A stretch of 63,790 bases of DNA, counting the filler, from Octopus bimaculoides (lineage: Eukaryota): NCBI RefSeq assembly GCF_001194135.2. It is 4 parts of 4 records of this genome, joined end to end, with 100 filler letters (N's around TTAATTAATTAA, not from the genome) between each part and the next. Parts side by side here need not be neighbours in the genome. Positions count along the whole stretch, not along the records: positions 47,096 to 62,608 come from NC_068983.1; positions 62,709 to 63,790 come from NC_068986.1; 2 more parts are not named here. The stretch is one strand, 5' to 3'. Position 1 is the stretch's first letter. Each line of letters begins with the position of its first letter. Below, piece by piece: positions 49,886 through 62,729 of the stretch. The position numbers and the translations under genes are program-made. A model generated the notes under the pieces. The model did no database searches. It was not told where the DNA came from and saw nothing but the letters and a program-made list of their open reading frames with translations.

Positions 49886-50937
49886 CTATATATACACACA
49901 CACATACATATTGTATATATGTGTAAAGATACTTGTTATGGGGCTTGTGTATCAAATATGAAAGTACAATACCTGAAAGTACAATGGTGAAGAATAGAAA
50001 CAGTAAAAGATCAAATGCCTGGAAACACTTTATTTATTCCTCTACATCCTTGGTTAAAATAATAGGTCGACTGTCTTTCATTTCTATGAAGTCAATAAAA
50101 TAATTTGATAAACATGTATGTATTGCAGTCAATTAGATTATCTATAATCCTCCAGGAGATAAAACAAAACAATATATCAAACCTTTAATATTTACCATTC
50201 CATATAACTTACATATTCCAATACATATCAGCAGGTACAATAGATTATTAACCAAATACTCAATGCAATAAAATTTGTATTGTACACCCACTCAGATTTC
50301 CCCTACAGAGTTAGAAAGAAACTTCAGCCATCACATTTACTTACATTGTACAACTCATTAAATCACTCCACAATGGAATGCCTTCCATACATTTAGTGTA
50401 ATACACCTACTGCATTCATACACAGTGAGAACCTTTTATCACACCTGACCACCTTACAAAAAGAAGGGTACACTGGATAATGTGGTCCAAGATAGTAACA
50501 GCTGAGAAGCCTTTGATCATAAGCCACCTCAATCAGAGATGACTAGTGGCTAAACAAAATCAACAACAACAGAATATCCATTGCTTAAAATACCATGCAT
50601 TTATATGATGGTTGTACTTATATTTACTACTGCTTTTTAGCTAATGCCCAGTCAGTAACCTTTATCATCCCTGTTGCACTTTAAACACAACCACAATACA
50701 ATCTGCAAAGCTAAGCAGAGCATTAAATAAAGTATCCTTAGATTCTATTGACTTTGCTTTTGTTATTATTATTTTTTTTACCTTTGTATGATATGCATAT
50801 GTCTCTTTTTTTCCAGTGTATACAGAGCCTACTTTGTCATCATTTCGTTATTATATGTAAACCTCCACACTTTATGTCTATCTCTGTATTGTCCCCCTCA
50901 TCCTTCGCCCTTGAAGCAAATAAATTAAATCATTATT

Positions 50938-50968
<31 letters not shown>

Positions 50969-51367
50969 TTATTGTTGTTATTGTTGCTATTGTGTTTTTC
51001 TTCTTTCAATTTTGTTTCCATTTTTTGCTGAGTGTCTTCCCAACACCTAGGGCAAAAAAACTTACTATATACATTGGTAGACCATTAAAATAAACACACC
51101 AGATTGTTCATTTACAAAGTCAAATTATGTGATAGAAAAAAAGTAAAAAGAAAACAGAAAAAAGAGAAAAAATTCACAGCAATGATATTCACAACAACAC
51201 TCTTCTCAAAACACGTGACATACCAGTTAAAACAATCTTTTGCACTTCTTGCATGGATGGTAAGCCAGAGGTCATTCTCAAATAATTTTCAATTCCTTTT
51301 GATAATTCCTACAATCACTGGTATTGTAACTGCCTTGAGGTTATTATCATTATTACTATTATTAAGA

Positions 51368-51560
51368 AAGTAGCAAGCTGGCAGAATCATTAGCACACCA
51401 GGCGAAATGCTTAGTGGTATTTCGTCTGCCAATGTATTCTGAGTTCAAATTCCACCGAGGTTGACTTTGCCTTTCATCCTTTCAGTTGAGTACTGGGCTC
51501 AATATAATCAACTTAACCCTCCCCCAATTTTCAGGCCTTGTGTCTATAATAGAAAGGGTC
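51368..51560 (+). mobile_element. SINE family B with (ATT)n tail
   Basis: agcaagctggcagaatcattagc...gagttcaaattccaccgaggttgactttgcctttcatcc...ttcaggccttgtgtctataatagaaagg(att)n. Confidence 0.88.
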
Positions 51561-51589
51561 ATTATTATTATCATTATTATTATTATTAT

Positions 51590-52140
51590 TATTATTATTG
51601 AGTGAAAGAGCAGTGCATGCCATCAAAGTGACACTGGGGTAAAATATACGAAGCCCATTATACCCATCATGACTACCTGTCTGATAAGGGTACACCAGGC
51701 ACATGCATCACAACCATATGTGCACAACATGGTGATCTCATATCAAGATAAACAGTGCATGACTTCGCAGGTGGGGGCCCAGTTAGAATTTTCTTCAGGT
51801 CGAGTAGCCCATCCCACTCAAAAGGTCTCTGAATAAGGTTTGTTTAAGGATGTTGAGCAAAACACCCATGTTTCCAAAGGTGAATTACTCAAACCCCAAA
51901 GAATTCCTCTCAACACATGGCTATGATGCTCCCCCACTACTTCTGCTCATGATCAGAGATGCACATATCATCAGCCACCAAGGGACATGCTCAACTGGTT
52001 AAGGTCAAACAACTGACAGCCAAATCTGTGGTATTAAGCAGAATATTTGCTGTAGCCCATCTTTTTATACCAAGACAAAACAATGTACATGATAACACTT
52101 CCAATCGATTCAGATCAGAAGCCATGAGAGACACTGCCTG
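51590..52140 (-). mobile_element. Unclassified interspersed repeat H (~550 bp, (AAT)n tail; SINE or LINE tail)
   Basis: Second, degraded copy at 24790-25130; ends in ...ctgctctttcactc(aat)n on the minus strand. Confidence 0.65.
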
Positions 52141-52156
52141 TAACATTATTATTATT

Positions 52157-52360
52157 AAGGTGACAAGCTGACAGAACCATTGGCATGCTGGGCAAAATGC
52201 TTAGTGGTATTTCAATCACCTTTACATACTGTATTCAAATTCTGAGGCCGACTTTACCTGTCATTCTTTTTGTGGTCAATAAATTTAGGTACCAATTGAG
52301 CACTGAATTACCCACTCCCCTGAAATTGTTACCCTTGAGCCAAAATTTGAAACCATTATT
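52157..52360 (+). mobile_element. SINE family B (CpG-decayed)
   Basis: aaggtgacaagctgacagaacc...gcaaaatgcttagtggtatttc...ctttacctgtcattctttt...aaattgttacccttgagcc. Confidence 0.75.
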
Positions 52361-53016
52361 GTCATTGTTGTTGTTGATGATGTTGTTCAGCTGTTGCAGA
52401 TTCCAATCATCTCAATAACAAATTAAAGTACTATCTAGTATCCAAAGTATCAGATGATCAGTTTCAATTAGCTTTATTGCTTCTACTGCTAAAATATAAT
52501 CACAACACTTTTCTAAATACAAGTTTACATTCACCATTAAATCTTCAGTCAACCAATAATTCAATTTATTTTTCTGAACATTCTACCATGTAAATGATAG
52601 CACCAACTGTACATTACCAATAGATTTTCCTGGTTTAATAGCAATCATTTGTTCAGAGAGAGTTATTACACAATGAAGAAAGACTGTGAACAATTACTAT
52701 AAATAAACAAACATTGTAGAACCAAGAGTCACTTCCTTATGCTTACCATTCTTCTTTTATATTTTTAGTTGCTTTAATCATTATTGGATTGCAGTCATGC
52801 TAATACACAGCTTATAAAGGTTTATTTAGTCATACTGAGCCCAATATTTATTTCAGTTTAGTACTTATTTTATCAAACTCTGATTGTTGAATTGCTAAGT
52901 TATAGGACATAAATAATGCCAGTATAAACACAAACACATATAGACATTTATATATTTACATATTACATGCACACGCACACGCGCGCATGCATGCACACGC
53001 ACACGCGCGCATGCAT

Positions 53017-53056
<40 letters not shown>

Positions 53057-53064
53057 TTATATAT

Positions 53065-53430
53065 ACATAAAAGAAGGCATGGCTGTGTGGTAAGAAGTTT
53101 GCTTCCCAACCACATGGTTCTGGGCTCAGAATCTTTATTATGGCCAATCAAAGCTTTGTGAAGGGATGTAGTAAATGGAAACTGAAAGAAGCCTGTTGTA
53201 TGTATGTATGTATGTATGTATGTGTGTATGTATGTATGTATATATGTGTGTATGTTTGCACCTTGCTATTCTTGACATTGCATAATAGTTGTAAAATGGT
53301 TGTCACTGTCATACAAGCAGTGCCATTCATTTCTAATATTCTGAGAGATCATGTCTCAATAAATTCCATTCAACCCATGCAAGCATGGAACTTTGGATGT
53401 TAAAATGACGATGATGACAACAACAATGAT
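53065..53430 (+). mobile_element. Head C SINE joined to an RTE-type tail
   Basis: ggcatggctgtgtggtaagaagtttgcttcccaaccacatgg...gaaactgaaagaagcctg(tatg)n...caacccatgcaagcatggaac...ttaaaatgacgatgatg. Confidence 0.85.
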
Positions 53431-53562
53431 GATGATAATATATTGTTATTATCATTAATAAAATACAAGCCAGTTTACCAACCAGTTTCATATAGAGGAG
53501 CCCCAACAATTTGAAAGTGTCACCTTTCAGACTCCAGTGACATACCATACTATTCCTTTCAG

Positions 53563-53613
53563 CTTTTTCTGATGATTGTCAGGGTTATCTCAATCATTGT
53601 ATGAAACTGATAG
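53563..53613 (+). CDS. Candidate 51-nt exon (phase 1 to 1)
   Basis: ctattcctttcag| ... ATAG|gtaaag; frame FSDDCQGYLNHCMKLI. Confidence 0.27.
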
Positions 53614-53950
53614 GTAAAGTGACTGACGTGAGATGATATTGTATTTTATCAACAATGTACCAACTCTATTAAACAATGTGTAAGTACTTATTTCTCTACC
53701 TTGTAGATTTTCACACACATGCACACAAAGAGGACAGGTTTCAGCATAGATTCCATCCCCCGAATTTCATATACAAGGTATCAATCCATCTGAAGCTAGA
53801 ATAGAAGACACTTGCCCACAATGCCACACAATGAATTGAAACTGGAATTCTGTGATTGTAAGTAACTTCTTAACTGTACAGTCCTGTCCTATATTATTTT
53901 CTGTCTCTTTTTTTTGTTCACATGAAAAATGAATTTTGAAAATTCTACAG

Positions 53951-53986
53951 ATTCAGCAGGCAAAGAGATTTGTAATATCAAAAGTG
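53951..53986 (+). CDS. Candidate 36-nt exon (phase 1 to 1)
   Basis: ttctacag| ... AGTG|gtaaac; frame (D)SAGKEICNIKS. Confidence 0.18.
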
Positions 53987-54529
53987 GTAAACAATTGGCC
54001 ATTGACAACATGTTCATGATTTCCAATTTTTGCTCCTTGTCATCATTCAACTTCTCGGTTTGTTTGGGCAAAAACAAGTATCAGTCCTACTTCAAAGTTA
54101 AGTGCTTAATGGTAGGAAGAGCAAATATTTGCTCAACACTTAAACCATTTCACCTGTATTAACACTGAAGAAAATAGATGTAAAACAACAAAATGTGTTA
54201 AGCCGGGGAGAATCCATTATTATTGTTTGTTTGTATTTTGCTCCTTTTACTTTCAACAGGAGATAGAATATTGCTAATAGTTAGAATGGTTTAAATTATG
54301 AGTTTATAAGATGACTTCAGGTCTTTAAAAAATCAATTCAACTTTACGGTTTTCTTGAGAGTTGATTAAAAAAAAGTTGGAATAGAGAGGAGGCAAAGTG
54401 AGGAGACAGAGAATGAAGGAAAACAAGTATTGGATTATTGGTTTTATATAAATTGCTTTACTTAAAACTATTGTTACAGTACTTCCAATATTTGTTGTCA
54501 TATTGCTTTTAATCCTTACAAGGACATTA

Positions 54530-54730
54530 ATCCATTCAGGTTGTTTGGTGTTTAGCTCTAGGTCAACCCCAAGTGGATAAACCCTGAGATCAAAAGCATT
54601 CCAGTCAGGACCATCCCATCATTTTGGGAGTACATAAGGGGATACATTACCTAATAATGTGCTTTCTTTATTTAATGTAGAAAGATGAGATTTGAAGGAG
54701 ATTTTGTTGCTATTTTTAGCAAACACATAG
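54530..54730 (+). mobile_element. Unclassified interspersed repeat I
   Basis: ggtcaacccc...gatcaaaagcattccagtcaggaccatccc...gatacattacc...gatttgaaggagattttgttgctatttttagc. Confidence 0.6.
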
Positions 54731-54970
54731 GGCGTCCCTTGCTATTTCTTTCATCTGAGTTTTTCACTTTTTTTAGTGATGAAAGAAACATTTTGCTTTT
54801 ATATTAAAGACAGTGCTCTAACCCAACTTTGGCATAATGACCAAAATAAACTAAACACCTAAAGTCTTACAGATTTTTCTTTTGGTCATATCTAGAGTTA
54901 GAGTAAATATTATTTATGAAAATCAACAAGAACATATCCTACATGGTGTAGCATTAGTAACACATTCAGA

Positions 54971-55190
54971 AAACAGTGAGCTAGCAGAACTTTTAGTACA
55001 CTGGACAAAATTACTTAGCATTTCTTCTGACCCTTTTTGTTCTGAACACAAATTCCACTGAGGTTGACTTTGCCTTTCATCTTTTCAGGGTCAATAAATG
55101 AAGTATCAGTCAAGTAATGGTGTTGATATAATTGACTTATCCATTTACCTCAAAATTGCTAGCCTACTGCCAAGATTAGAAAGAATCGTT
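54971..55190 (+). mobile_element. SINE family B (strongly CpG-decayed)
   Basis: acagtgagctagcagaac...aaattccactgaggttgactttgcctttcatcttttcaggggtcaataaatgaagtatcag. Confidence 0.85.
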
Positions 55191-55749
55191 AGTGTATTTA
55201 GAATGCTGTTGGTTAATTAAGTTTTCAAGAACTTGTTCAAAATAGAGGCAAAATTAATCAACATTTACAAAACTATTTAAATAATGTAGAATTATTTTAT
55301 ACTTTGCTGTTGAAGTCAAAATAATGTATTTTTCTTCAACAGATAATTACTTCTACTAAGTATTTTAATGCTCCTTACATTAAATATGTTAACACTATCT
55401 TAACTTTCTTCCTAATTAGTTAAGATAGTGTTAACGTATTTAATGCAGGGAACATAAAAATGCTAAATAGAAATAATTATCAGTTGAAAGAAAAACACAT
55501 TATTATTATGACTTCATCAGTAAAGCATGAAGTGATTCTGCATTATTTAAATAGTTTTACCGGGCAAAACATAAATTAGTTAACATTTAATTGGTGTAAT
55601 GAGTGACTTCAAAACTGTTTTAATTCATAGCTTTGATGCTAAAATGCATACAACAGAACAAAAGAATAGGCTGTTTAAAAAGTGAATGCATCTATCAATA
55701 TAGAAGGCACAAACTGAAAATTATAACTCTATGCACTAAAACATCAGTG

Positions 55750-55930
55750 AGGGCGCTTCTACATGGTTACTCATCTGGTTTGACATTGCAGTCGGATCTC
55801 CCTCAAATCATTGTGTATCATTTTAAGAACAATGCATTCGGTAGTGTAGATTTAGATATAGAAAAACAAAAATGGTCAGCTGGAATGTCTCTGATCATAG
55901 GTCTGCTGCATCAGGGCTGACTTGAAGTTA
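55750..55930 (-). mobile_element. Unclassified interspersed repeat I
   Basis: Reverse complement gives gtcagccctgat...cagacctatgatcagagacattccagctgacc...gatttgagggagat. Confidence 0.6.
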
Positions 55931-56037
55931 AATAGCAACTATATCCAAATGGATTTTTTTCAAAGAACATTAAACCTATGCTATTTTTCTCTGATACTAC
56001 GAACTAATCATTTATGTTCTGTTGTATCTTATATAAG

Positions 56038-56077
56038 GCTTTGAATTTACCTTGCTCCACTTAATCAGACAGTGTAG
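56038..56077 (+). CDS. Candidate 40-nt exon (phase 1 to 2)
   Basis: Branch-like actaat at 56003, pyrimidine-rich ttatgttctgttgtatcttatataag|G acceptor, AG|gtaaga donor; the only open frame is (G)FEFTLLHLIRQC(R). Confidence 0.35.
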
Positions 56078-56256
56078 GTAAGAACAAACAGAAAAAAGGT
56101 TATTGGTTGTGATGTCACAAGTTATAAGATATTGCAAAATTGACAAAATGTTAATGTATATTAAAATTATAACAAAGAACTCTATCTCTCTCTCTCTCTC
56201 ACTAATACACACACACACACAAACATGTGTTCTGTTTTCTTAATATATAATTTCAG

Positions 56257-56284
56257 AAGTGCAAGCATGAAGCAGAAGAAATAG
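56257..56284 (+). CDS. Candidate terminal coding exon
   Basis: aatttcag| acceptor; continues the previous exon as (R)SASMKQKK-stop; AATAAA near 56582. Confidence 0.25.
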
Positions 56285-57413
56285 AAAAAGAGACAGTGAG
56301 AAGAATTTTCATTTCCTTCATGGAAATAACATACTCCAGATAAAAATATTTTTGGAACAACAGAATATTAGCATAAACATCCCTTTTTGTTTGATAAGGT
56401 TCCTTTACAAACAATATTTATCAAGAAGCTGTTATTATCTTATTTCTATCCAATGAAGCTTCATTCTTTTTCAGCATGCAAGAAGATAAAATTTGTATTT
56501 GAGATTAATATCCACAGCCATCAAATTAAGTCAACTTCTAAATCCCCTCAAAGAAATTCATTATTGGGTATTCCTTAAAATCAATAAAATAGTTCTTTAA
56601 AAGAATGTGATAGAATGTTCTTTCAGTTATTTTTTTTTAGATAACGACTATTATATTGTTCACATGTATTATCTCATATTGCTCTGCCAACTGGAGAATC
56701 TATATTAGATTCCTTTTATAATAAAGTGGTTTTATTATAAAGGACATTTATCTACACATTTCATCATTTATTTAGAACTATATACACAGGTAGAGAGATA
56801 GATATCATAATCATCATCCTCATCATCACCACCATAAGTCATCATATGGATAGATATATGTGGAAACGTGTATGTATACGCACACATGTCTGTGTGTATG
56901 CACGCACAAACAACACACACACAAAAACACATTATCATCACTATCATCATGATCACTGTTTACACATACTTTTCTCATGGTGGTATAGGCTGAACAAGAC
57001 TTCATTGAGGCAGATGTCCTTCCTATCAGCAACTCTTACTCATTTCCATGTAAGTTGTTTATTCCCTTACTCTTTCACACAATGTACTGCATATTTTCAC
57101 AGCAAGAACAACCACAGGAATTATCTAAACAGTAACGTTGTTTTATACCTTAAGCAATAAAGAATGTCAAAACACAGTTGGGAGGATGCAAACACAAGCA
57201 CAAATATTCATGCACATACACATACACAAAATGCATCAAACACTCCAATGTAGGACTCTCTGAACTGACTATGGCGTTTTATCCATTTCATCTTAATTGA
57301 GAATTTTTTCTCCAAGGCAACTGGAGGACTTTACAAGATCAAATATCTTTCAAACTTATTTGAACTGAATTTAAATTTGTATAATTTCTTTCACTGCTTT
57401 GCACATCTACTCA

Positions 57414-57532
<119 letters not shown>

Positions 57533-57545
57533 CTATATAGATATA

Positions 57546-57890
57546 CAAAGGATGGGCCAAAAGTCATGCACAAAATAAGTTCAATATACCCCCGAATTGT
57601 AAGACATGCTTCAATTATTCTAAAAATAAATAAAATAATGATGAATACACATGTACTTGTCCATGATGAACAAAATGAATAATAATGATAATAATTCTTT
57701 CTGCTGTAGGCACAAGGGCTGAAATTTTTGGGGAGGGGTCTAGTTGATTACACTGGTACTTAATTCATCAACCCCAAAAGGATAAAAGGCAAAGTCGGTC
57801 TCAGTAGAATTTGAACTCAGAATGTAGTGACAGATGAAGTACCGCTAAGCATTTTGTCCAGTATGCTAACAATTCTGCCAGCTCTCTACC

Positions 57891-57926
<36 letters not shown>

Positions 57927-58190
57927 TTGCATTTGTAGTCAGTTTGCAAGATTCTCTATGTGAATTCGTGTGTTTGAAGCATATTTTGTTGTCTAAAAGT
58001 GACTACTGAAAAAGTTGCAAGACACAATGAAAATTTTAGTAAAAATAAATAAGTAAATGAGTGAAAATCAGACCAGTGAGTGTGTTAAGGAACTAAAAGA
58101 GAATGACTCTCCCCAGACACAATAAAATAATAATAATGTAAAATAAATGAAATGTCAAATGCTTTGGTGCATGACTTTTGGCCCATCCTG
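57546..58190. mobile_element. Tc1/mariner-type MITE with a nested family B SINE (57695-57890, minus)
   Basis: TIRs CA(AA)GGATGGGCCAAAAGTCATGCAC / GTGCATGACTTTTGGCCCATCCTG with TA on both flanks. Confidence 0.82.
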
Positions 58191-58559
58191 TATGTATATG
58201 TATACACACACACAAAGCAAAAATGAACATAGTAGTAGTGGCATGAATTTGGATAGCAAGAACAAAGAATGGTATACTAAATACTATACAAAATAAATTC
58301 TTAACTGAAGTTCTTTGCTTCAAGAGAAAGTAAACAAGTGTTTTACAGCAACTCTAACCAGCTTGGGAGATAAACTCAAGCAATCAGCAATTCTCTGTCA
58401 ATAACATGCCATTATGGAAAAAGCAGTATGTTCTTTCTGGAGACAAAAGAAGAACTGTGAACACAATTTTCTGCTTCAAAAGGCTCTGAAGCACAGCAAT
58501 ACTCTGCATATACATATATATTATCCTCATCATCATTTTCATTTCACATACACTTTTCC

Positions 58560-58910
58560 ATGTTGCATGAGTCAGACAGAATTTGTGGAGGTAGATATTT
58601 CTACAACCAGAAGCCCTTCATGTGCCAGTTCTCACCAGTTTCCATGTAAAGTAATATTTCCCATGCCATGGAAGAATGGAAATGAAAAATATCGCTTGCA
58701 TGACAGTGAAGCTCATTCACAAGCATCAGATGATATCAGAACAAGGGCATACGCACACACACACACAAACACACACATATACAACAAGCTTTTTTCAGTT
58801 TCTATCAAGAAAATCCACTCAAGGCTTCAGTTAGCCTGGACACTGGTGGAAGACACTTGTCCAAGATATCAGTAACCACATGTTTGAGAAACAAGCTTCT
58901 TAACCACACT
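58560..58910 (-). mobile_element. Head C SINE joined to an RTE-type tail
   Basis: Minus: gtggttaagaagcttg...ttggacaagtgtcttcc...gaaactgaaaaaagcttg(tg)n...gaagggcttctggttgtagaaa...gactcatgcaacatggaaa. Confidence 0.78.
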
Positions 58911-58954
58911 GCAATATATATATATATGCATGTATACATACATATATATATATA

Positions 58955-59530
58955 TCATCATCATCATCATCATCGTTTAACGTCCGCTTTCCGTGCTAGC
59001 AGGGGTTGGACGAATTGACTTAGGACTGGCGAACCAGATGGCTGCACCAGGCTCCAATCTAATCTGGCAGAGTTTCTACAGCTGGATGCCCTTCCTAATG
59101 CCAACCACTCCGAGAGTATAGTGATTGCTTTTACGTGCCACCGGCACGAGGGCCAGTCAAGCAGTACTGGCAACAGCCACACTCAAACGGTGTTTTTTAC
59201 ATGCCACCTGCACAGGAGCCAGTCCAGCAGCACTGGCAACAACCTCGCTCGAATGTTGTTTTTCATGTGCCACCGGCACAAGTGCCAATAAGGTGACGCC
59301 GGTAATGATCACGCTCAAATGGTGCTATTTACATGCCACCGGCACGGAAGCCAGACAGTTACTCTGGTAATGATCACGTTCGGACGGTGCTGTTAGCGCT
59401 CCACTAGCACAGGTGCCAGTTATCGAATTTGGTTCAATTTCAATTTCGATTTCACTTGTCCCAACAGGTCTTCGCACGCAGAGTTTAGTGTCCAATGAAG
59501 GAAAGGTTGGCATGGGTGCCAGTTGTTGAA
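58955..59530 (-). mobile_element. RTE-type LINE 3' UTR (family D) with internal ~65-bp tandem units and (GAT)n tail
   Basis: (tca)n tcgtttaacgtccgctttcc...ggatgcccttcctaatgccaaccactccgagag; 4 repeats of tttacRtgccaccggcac at 59128-59345. Confidence 0.8.
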
Positions 59531-59548
59531 TTTGGTTCGATTTCAATT

Positions 59549-59609
<61 letters not shown>

Positions 59610-59989
59610 GTATAAGCATAGGTATGGTAGGTGCAAGCACTGCCGAGTGGTTAAGGAGTTTACTTATCAACTATGTAGTTTTGTGTTCTGTCTCAGTGCG
59701 AACTACGTTAGGCAAGTATCTTTTACTAGAGCACATAATGGAAATACACACACACACACCACACACACAAGCTTTCAGTTTCTATCTACCAGTTTTACTC
59801 ACACCGTAGTAGTCAACCCATGGTTATTGTACATGACACCAGCTGGAAACATTCATACAGCGGAACTGAAACCCCAACTATGTTGTTCTGAAATCAACTT
59901 TACAAGCTTCTTCCAGTCCTTCACTGCAAAATTCGCTGGTGGTGGTGGTGGTGGTGGTGGTGGTGTTGTACCATATTTAAGTTCTTAAC

Positions 59990-60932
59990 AGTTTTGTACA
60001 ATTGTAATGAAAAGCATTCCATTCTTGATCATCTTGTCATTTTTGTTAGGCACAGTGCATGCAGGTCACACAGTCCAATGTGTTTTTCTTTTCTAACACA
60101 GTAATGTGATTCAAGAGAGATTTGACTGCTATCTTTAGCAGGGTCATTAGCTATGTAAAAACTTTCAATAGTAAAGTAAGTGGCAATTGTTGTCATTCTT
60201 GAGAAAAGGCAGTTATGACCATAATGTCCTTTTCTTTTTTTACATAGGAAAACAGGCAAATTACTAATCTCTTCAGGGAGATAACCCTGCTCAGTATGTA
60301 GAAAAAGTGTAGATAGAAATTCCACACAGTGTACCCAGTGCAAACTATGGTCACATAAGAGGTGTAGCAGTATCACAGGAAGGTTAACAGAAAAAGTAGT
60401 CTTTATTCTACTAGGCTCTGCCATCACCATTTTTGCAATTTCACATGTCATTCTGCATCAATACCCACATATCATCAACCAAGTTGCCAACCGTCATTAT
60501 GTCAATGTCCAACAGCTACAGTAGCCTCATCAAGATCTGATCAGAGGATCCAGTCAAGAAAGTCAGCTGCACAACTCTCTCCATCACTCCACTGGTAAAC
60601 CCAGCTAGCCCAGCCAGTTTCTTTATTCAGCTTACATAATCATTAAGCTGCTTTTCGCCCATTTCAGTCTCCTCAGCTTGCTATATTCTTTAAATATACC
60701 TTCTATGTATGCATCCTTCAGATGCTCTTCAATCTTTTCCACCTTTTGGTGATCTACTTCAACCATTTCTAAATACAAATTCAAACTACTTCCCTCTAGG
60801 CACAGCGGCATTAGACTGACCATATCTTGTATGTTCTGCAGCAAGCTTCATGTTTATAATCCATGCCACAGCATCACCTTCACTGGAAATCGTTCTGAGA
60901 ACATCACTGCTGATCCATATCTTTGTGACCAT
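59990..60932 (-). mobile_element. Gypsy-type LTR retrotransposon relic (gag with zinc knuckle, start of protease region)
   Basis: ATG at 60932; SEGDAVAWI, MPLCLEGSSLNLYLEM...KIEEHLKDAY, KKLAGLAGF...ERVVQLTFLTG, frameshifted CFLCKKRKGHYGHNC knuckle; LTRs not resolved. Confidence 0.78.
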
Positions 60933-62384
60933 AATGAATATCAATGATAGAAAAAATGTCCACAACAGATAAACAAAATGACGAAATAAAGGCTCTTATC
61001 TTGAGCTGGCATGACAAACTTCAAACAGGGAGGAAAACTACTTTCCACTATGACTGGAAAAACTCCTTGCACAAACCTGTAGACTTTCACTAGCCAACCT
61101 CTAGCCAAAAATGTACTGCTCTTTGAACTCACTTCACATAACCCTTCACTCTGGATGCCTGACAAAGGAAGAGGCAGATTGAATCACTTACTTTTTAACA
61201 TGATTTCACTTCCTCCTCTGTTTCCAGTCCTCATTAAACAACAATATCTACTTCATAAATGTATCACATTCATGCTAAGTGAATGACTCCTATCTGATCA
61301 ACAAGTAACTCCCAAATGATATGAGAAAATGTCAAGAAAATTAGAAAAGTAGAAAATATGACAAAGTTGGCAAGATTAAAACGAAGATACATAAATAGCA
61401 TACTAAAAATTAAAAAATTATTAAATAAATCAGTCACAGTTTGACCAGACAAACTTGAATAGCAGTGATTTTCTCTCAGGCAAGGATTAAATTAGTTATC
61501 TGAAAATATTACTGAATGAAATCCATACTGGAAAGCAGATGAATTTACAGTTGTCTATTGTACAAATTAGCAAGCACCAATCTAAACATCATTAACTGCT
61601 GTAATTTAAAACTCTTGGTCTAATAACATAGCCACAAAATCAAAAATGTTAGAGCAAAAACACACTAGTTATAGAAACATGGTAGTCAACTGATCAGATG
61701 GGCATGAGTTCAAATCATTTATCACATCATAACTAAGCACATAATTGCTTGCTCCAGTTTACCTGACTGGTAAACAGATTTTACTCCATACTTTACATTT
61801 ACCCAAGTAGAAAATGCATCCAACTATAAAATATAACTGCTTCAACAAAAGTCACCTCAAATGTGTAAGCACAGAAAAGAAATGAATCTAAAGTATCAAA
61901 TGTTTGCAGTTTCACCTATACCATACCCTTATTAAAATTCCATTAAACTGAAATAAATTCGGTTCCCACCACAGATCAGAAAATCTCAACAGGAATTGTT
62001 AATATTGATTTCTAACTTGCACATTGTCGAAAATGAATATGGAAGGAGTTTGATTAGGTGAATTGACTCCTTTACATTACTGACACTTATTTTATCAAAC
62101 CCAGAAAGATGAAAGGTAAAGTTAACCCTAGTAAGATTTGAACTCATAATTTCAAATGATATAATTAATTACTACCAGCTCTTAGAAAATTTTCATATTA
62201 CAAAATGGAAACTGAAAATGAAGCAGTGGCATAGCTAACAGGGTAGCAAGGAGAGCAACAGCTTCCCACAAGCACATTTTTCAAAATTAGCACCTTCCCA
62301 ACAAATTTTTTAAAGTTTCATATATAATGACATTGTGACATTGTTACTGAAACATGAAATTACTAAATGTAGAAACAATTACAT

Positions 62385-62608
62385 ATCATCATCATCGTTT
62401 AACGTCCGCTTTCCATGCTAGCATGGGTTGGACGATTTGACTGAGGACTGGTGAAACCGGATGGCAACACCAGGCTCCAATCTAATTTGGCAGAGTTTCT
62501 ACAGTTGGATGCCCTTCCTAACGCCAACCACTCAGAGAGTGTAGTGGGTGCTTTTACGTGTCACCCGCACGAAAACGGCCACGCTCGAAATGATGTCTTT
62601 TATGTGCC
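62385..62608 (-). mobile_element. RTE-type 3' end (family D), young copy cut by the scaffold join
   Basis: catcatcatcgtttaacgtccgctttccatgctagcatgggttggacg...ggatgcccttcctaacgccaaccactc; CpGs retained. Confidence 0.85.
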
Positions 62609-62708
62609 NNNNNNNNNNNNNNNNNNNNNNNNNNNNNNNNNNNNNNNNNNNNTTAATTAATTAANNNNNNNNNNNNNNNNNNNNNNNNNNNNNNNNNNNN
62701 NNNNNNNN
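62609..62708. other. Artificial scaffold-join spacer
   Basis: 44 N + TTAATTAATTAA + 44 N. Confidence 0.95.
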
Positions 62709-62729
62709 ATATATATATATATATACAGG

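Noticed and set aside
52430-52700. Minus-strand frame faintly like L1/Tx1 RT (IKPGKSI...LYLEKCCD)
   Set aside because: Similarity is too weak to call by eye.
55633-55920. 95-aa ORF with a possible acceptor at ttgcag
   Set aside because: It is the antisense of interspersed repeat I.
62441-62460. CTGAGGA...GAAA in family D, considered as a hammerhead
   Set aside because: No stem II can form between the boxes and no stem I or III.
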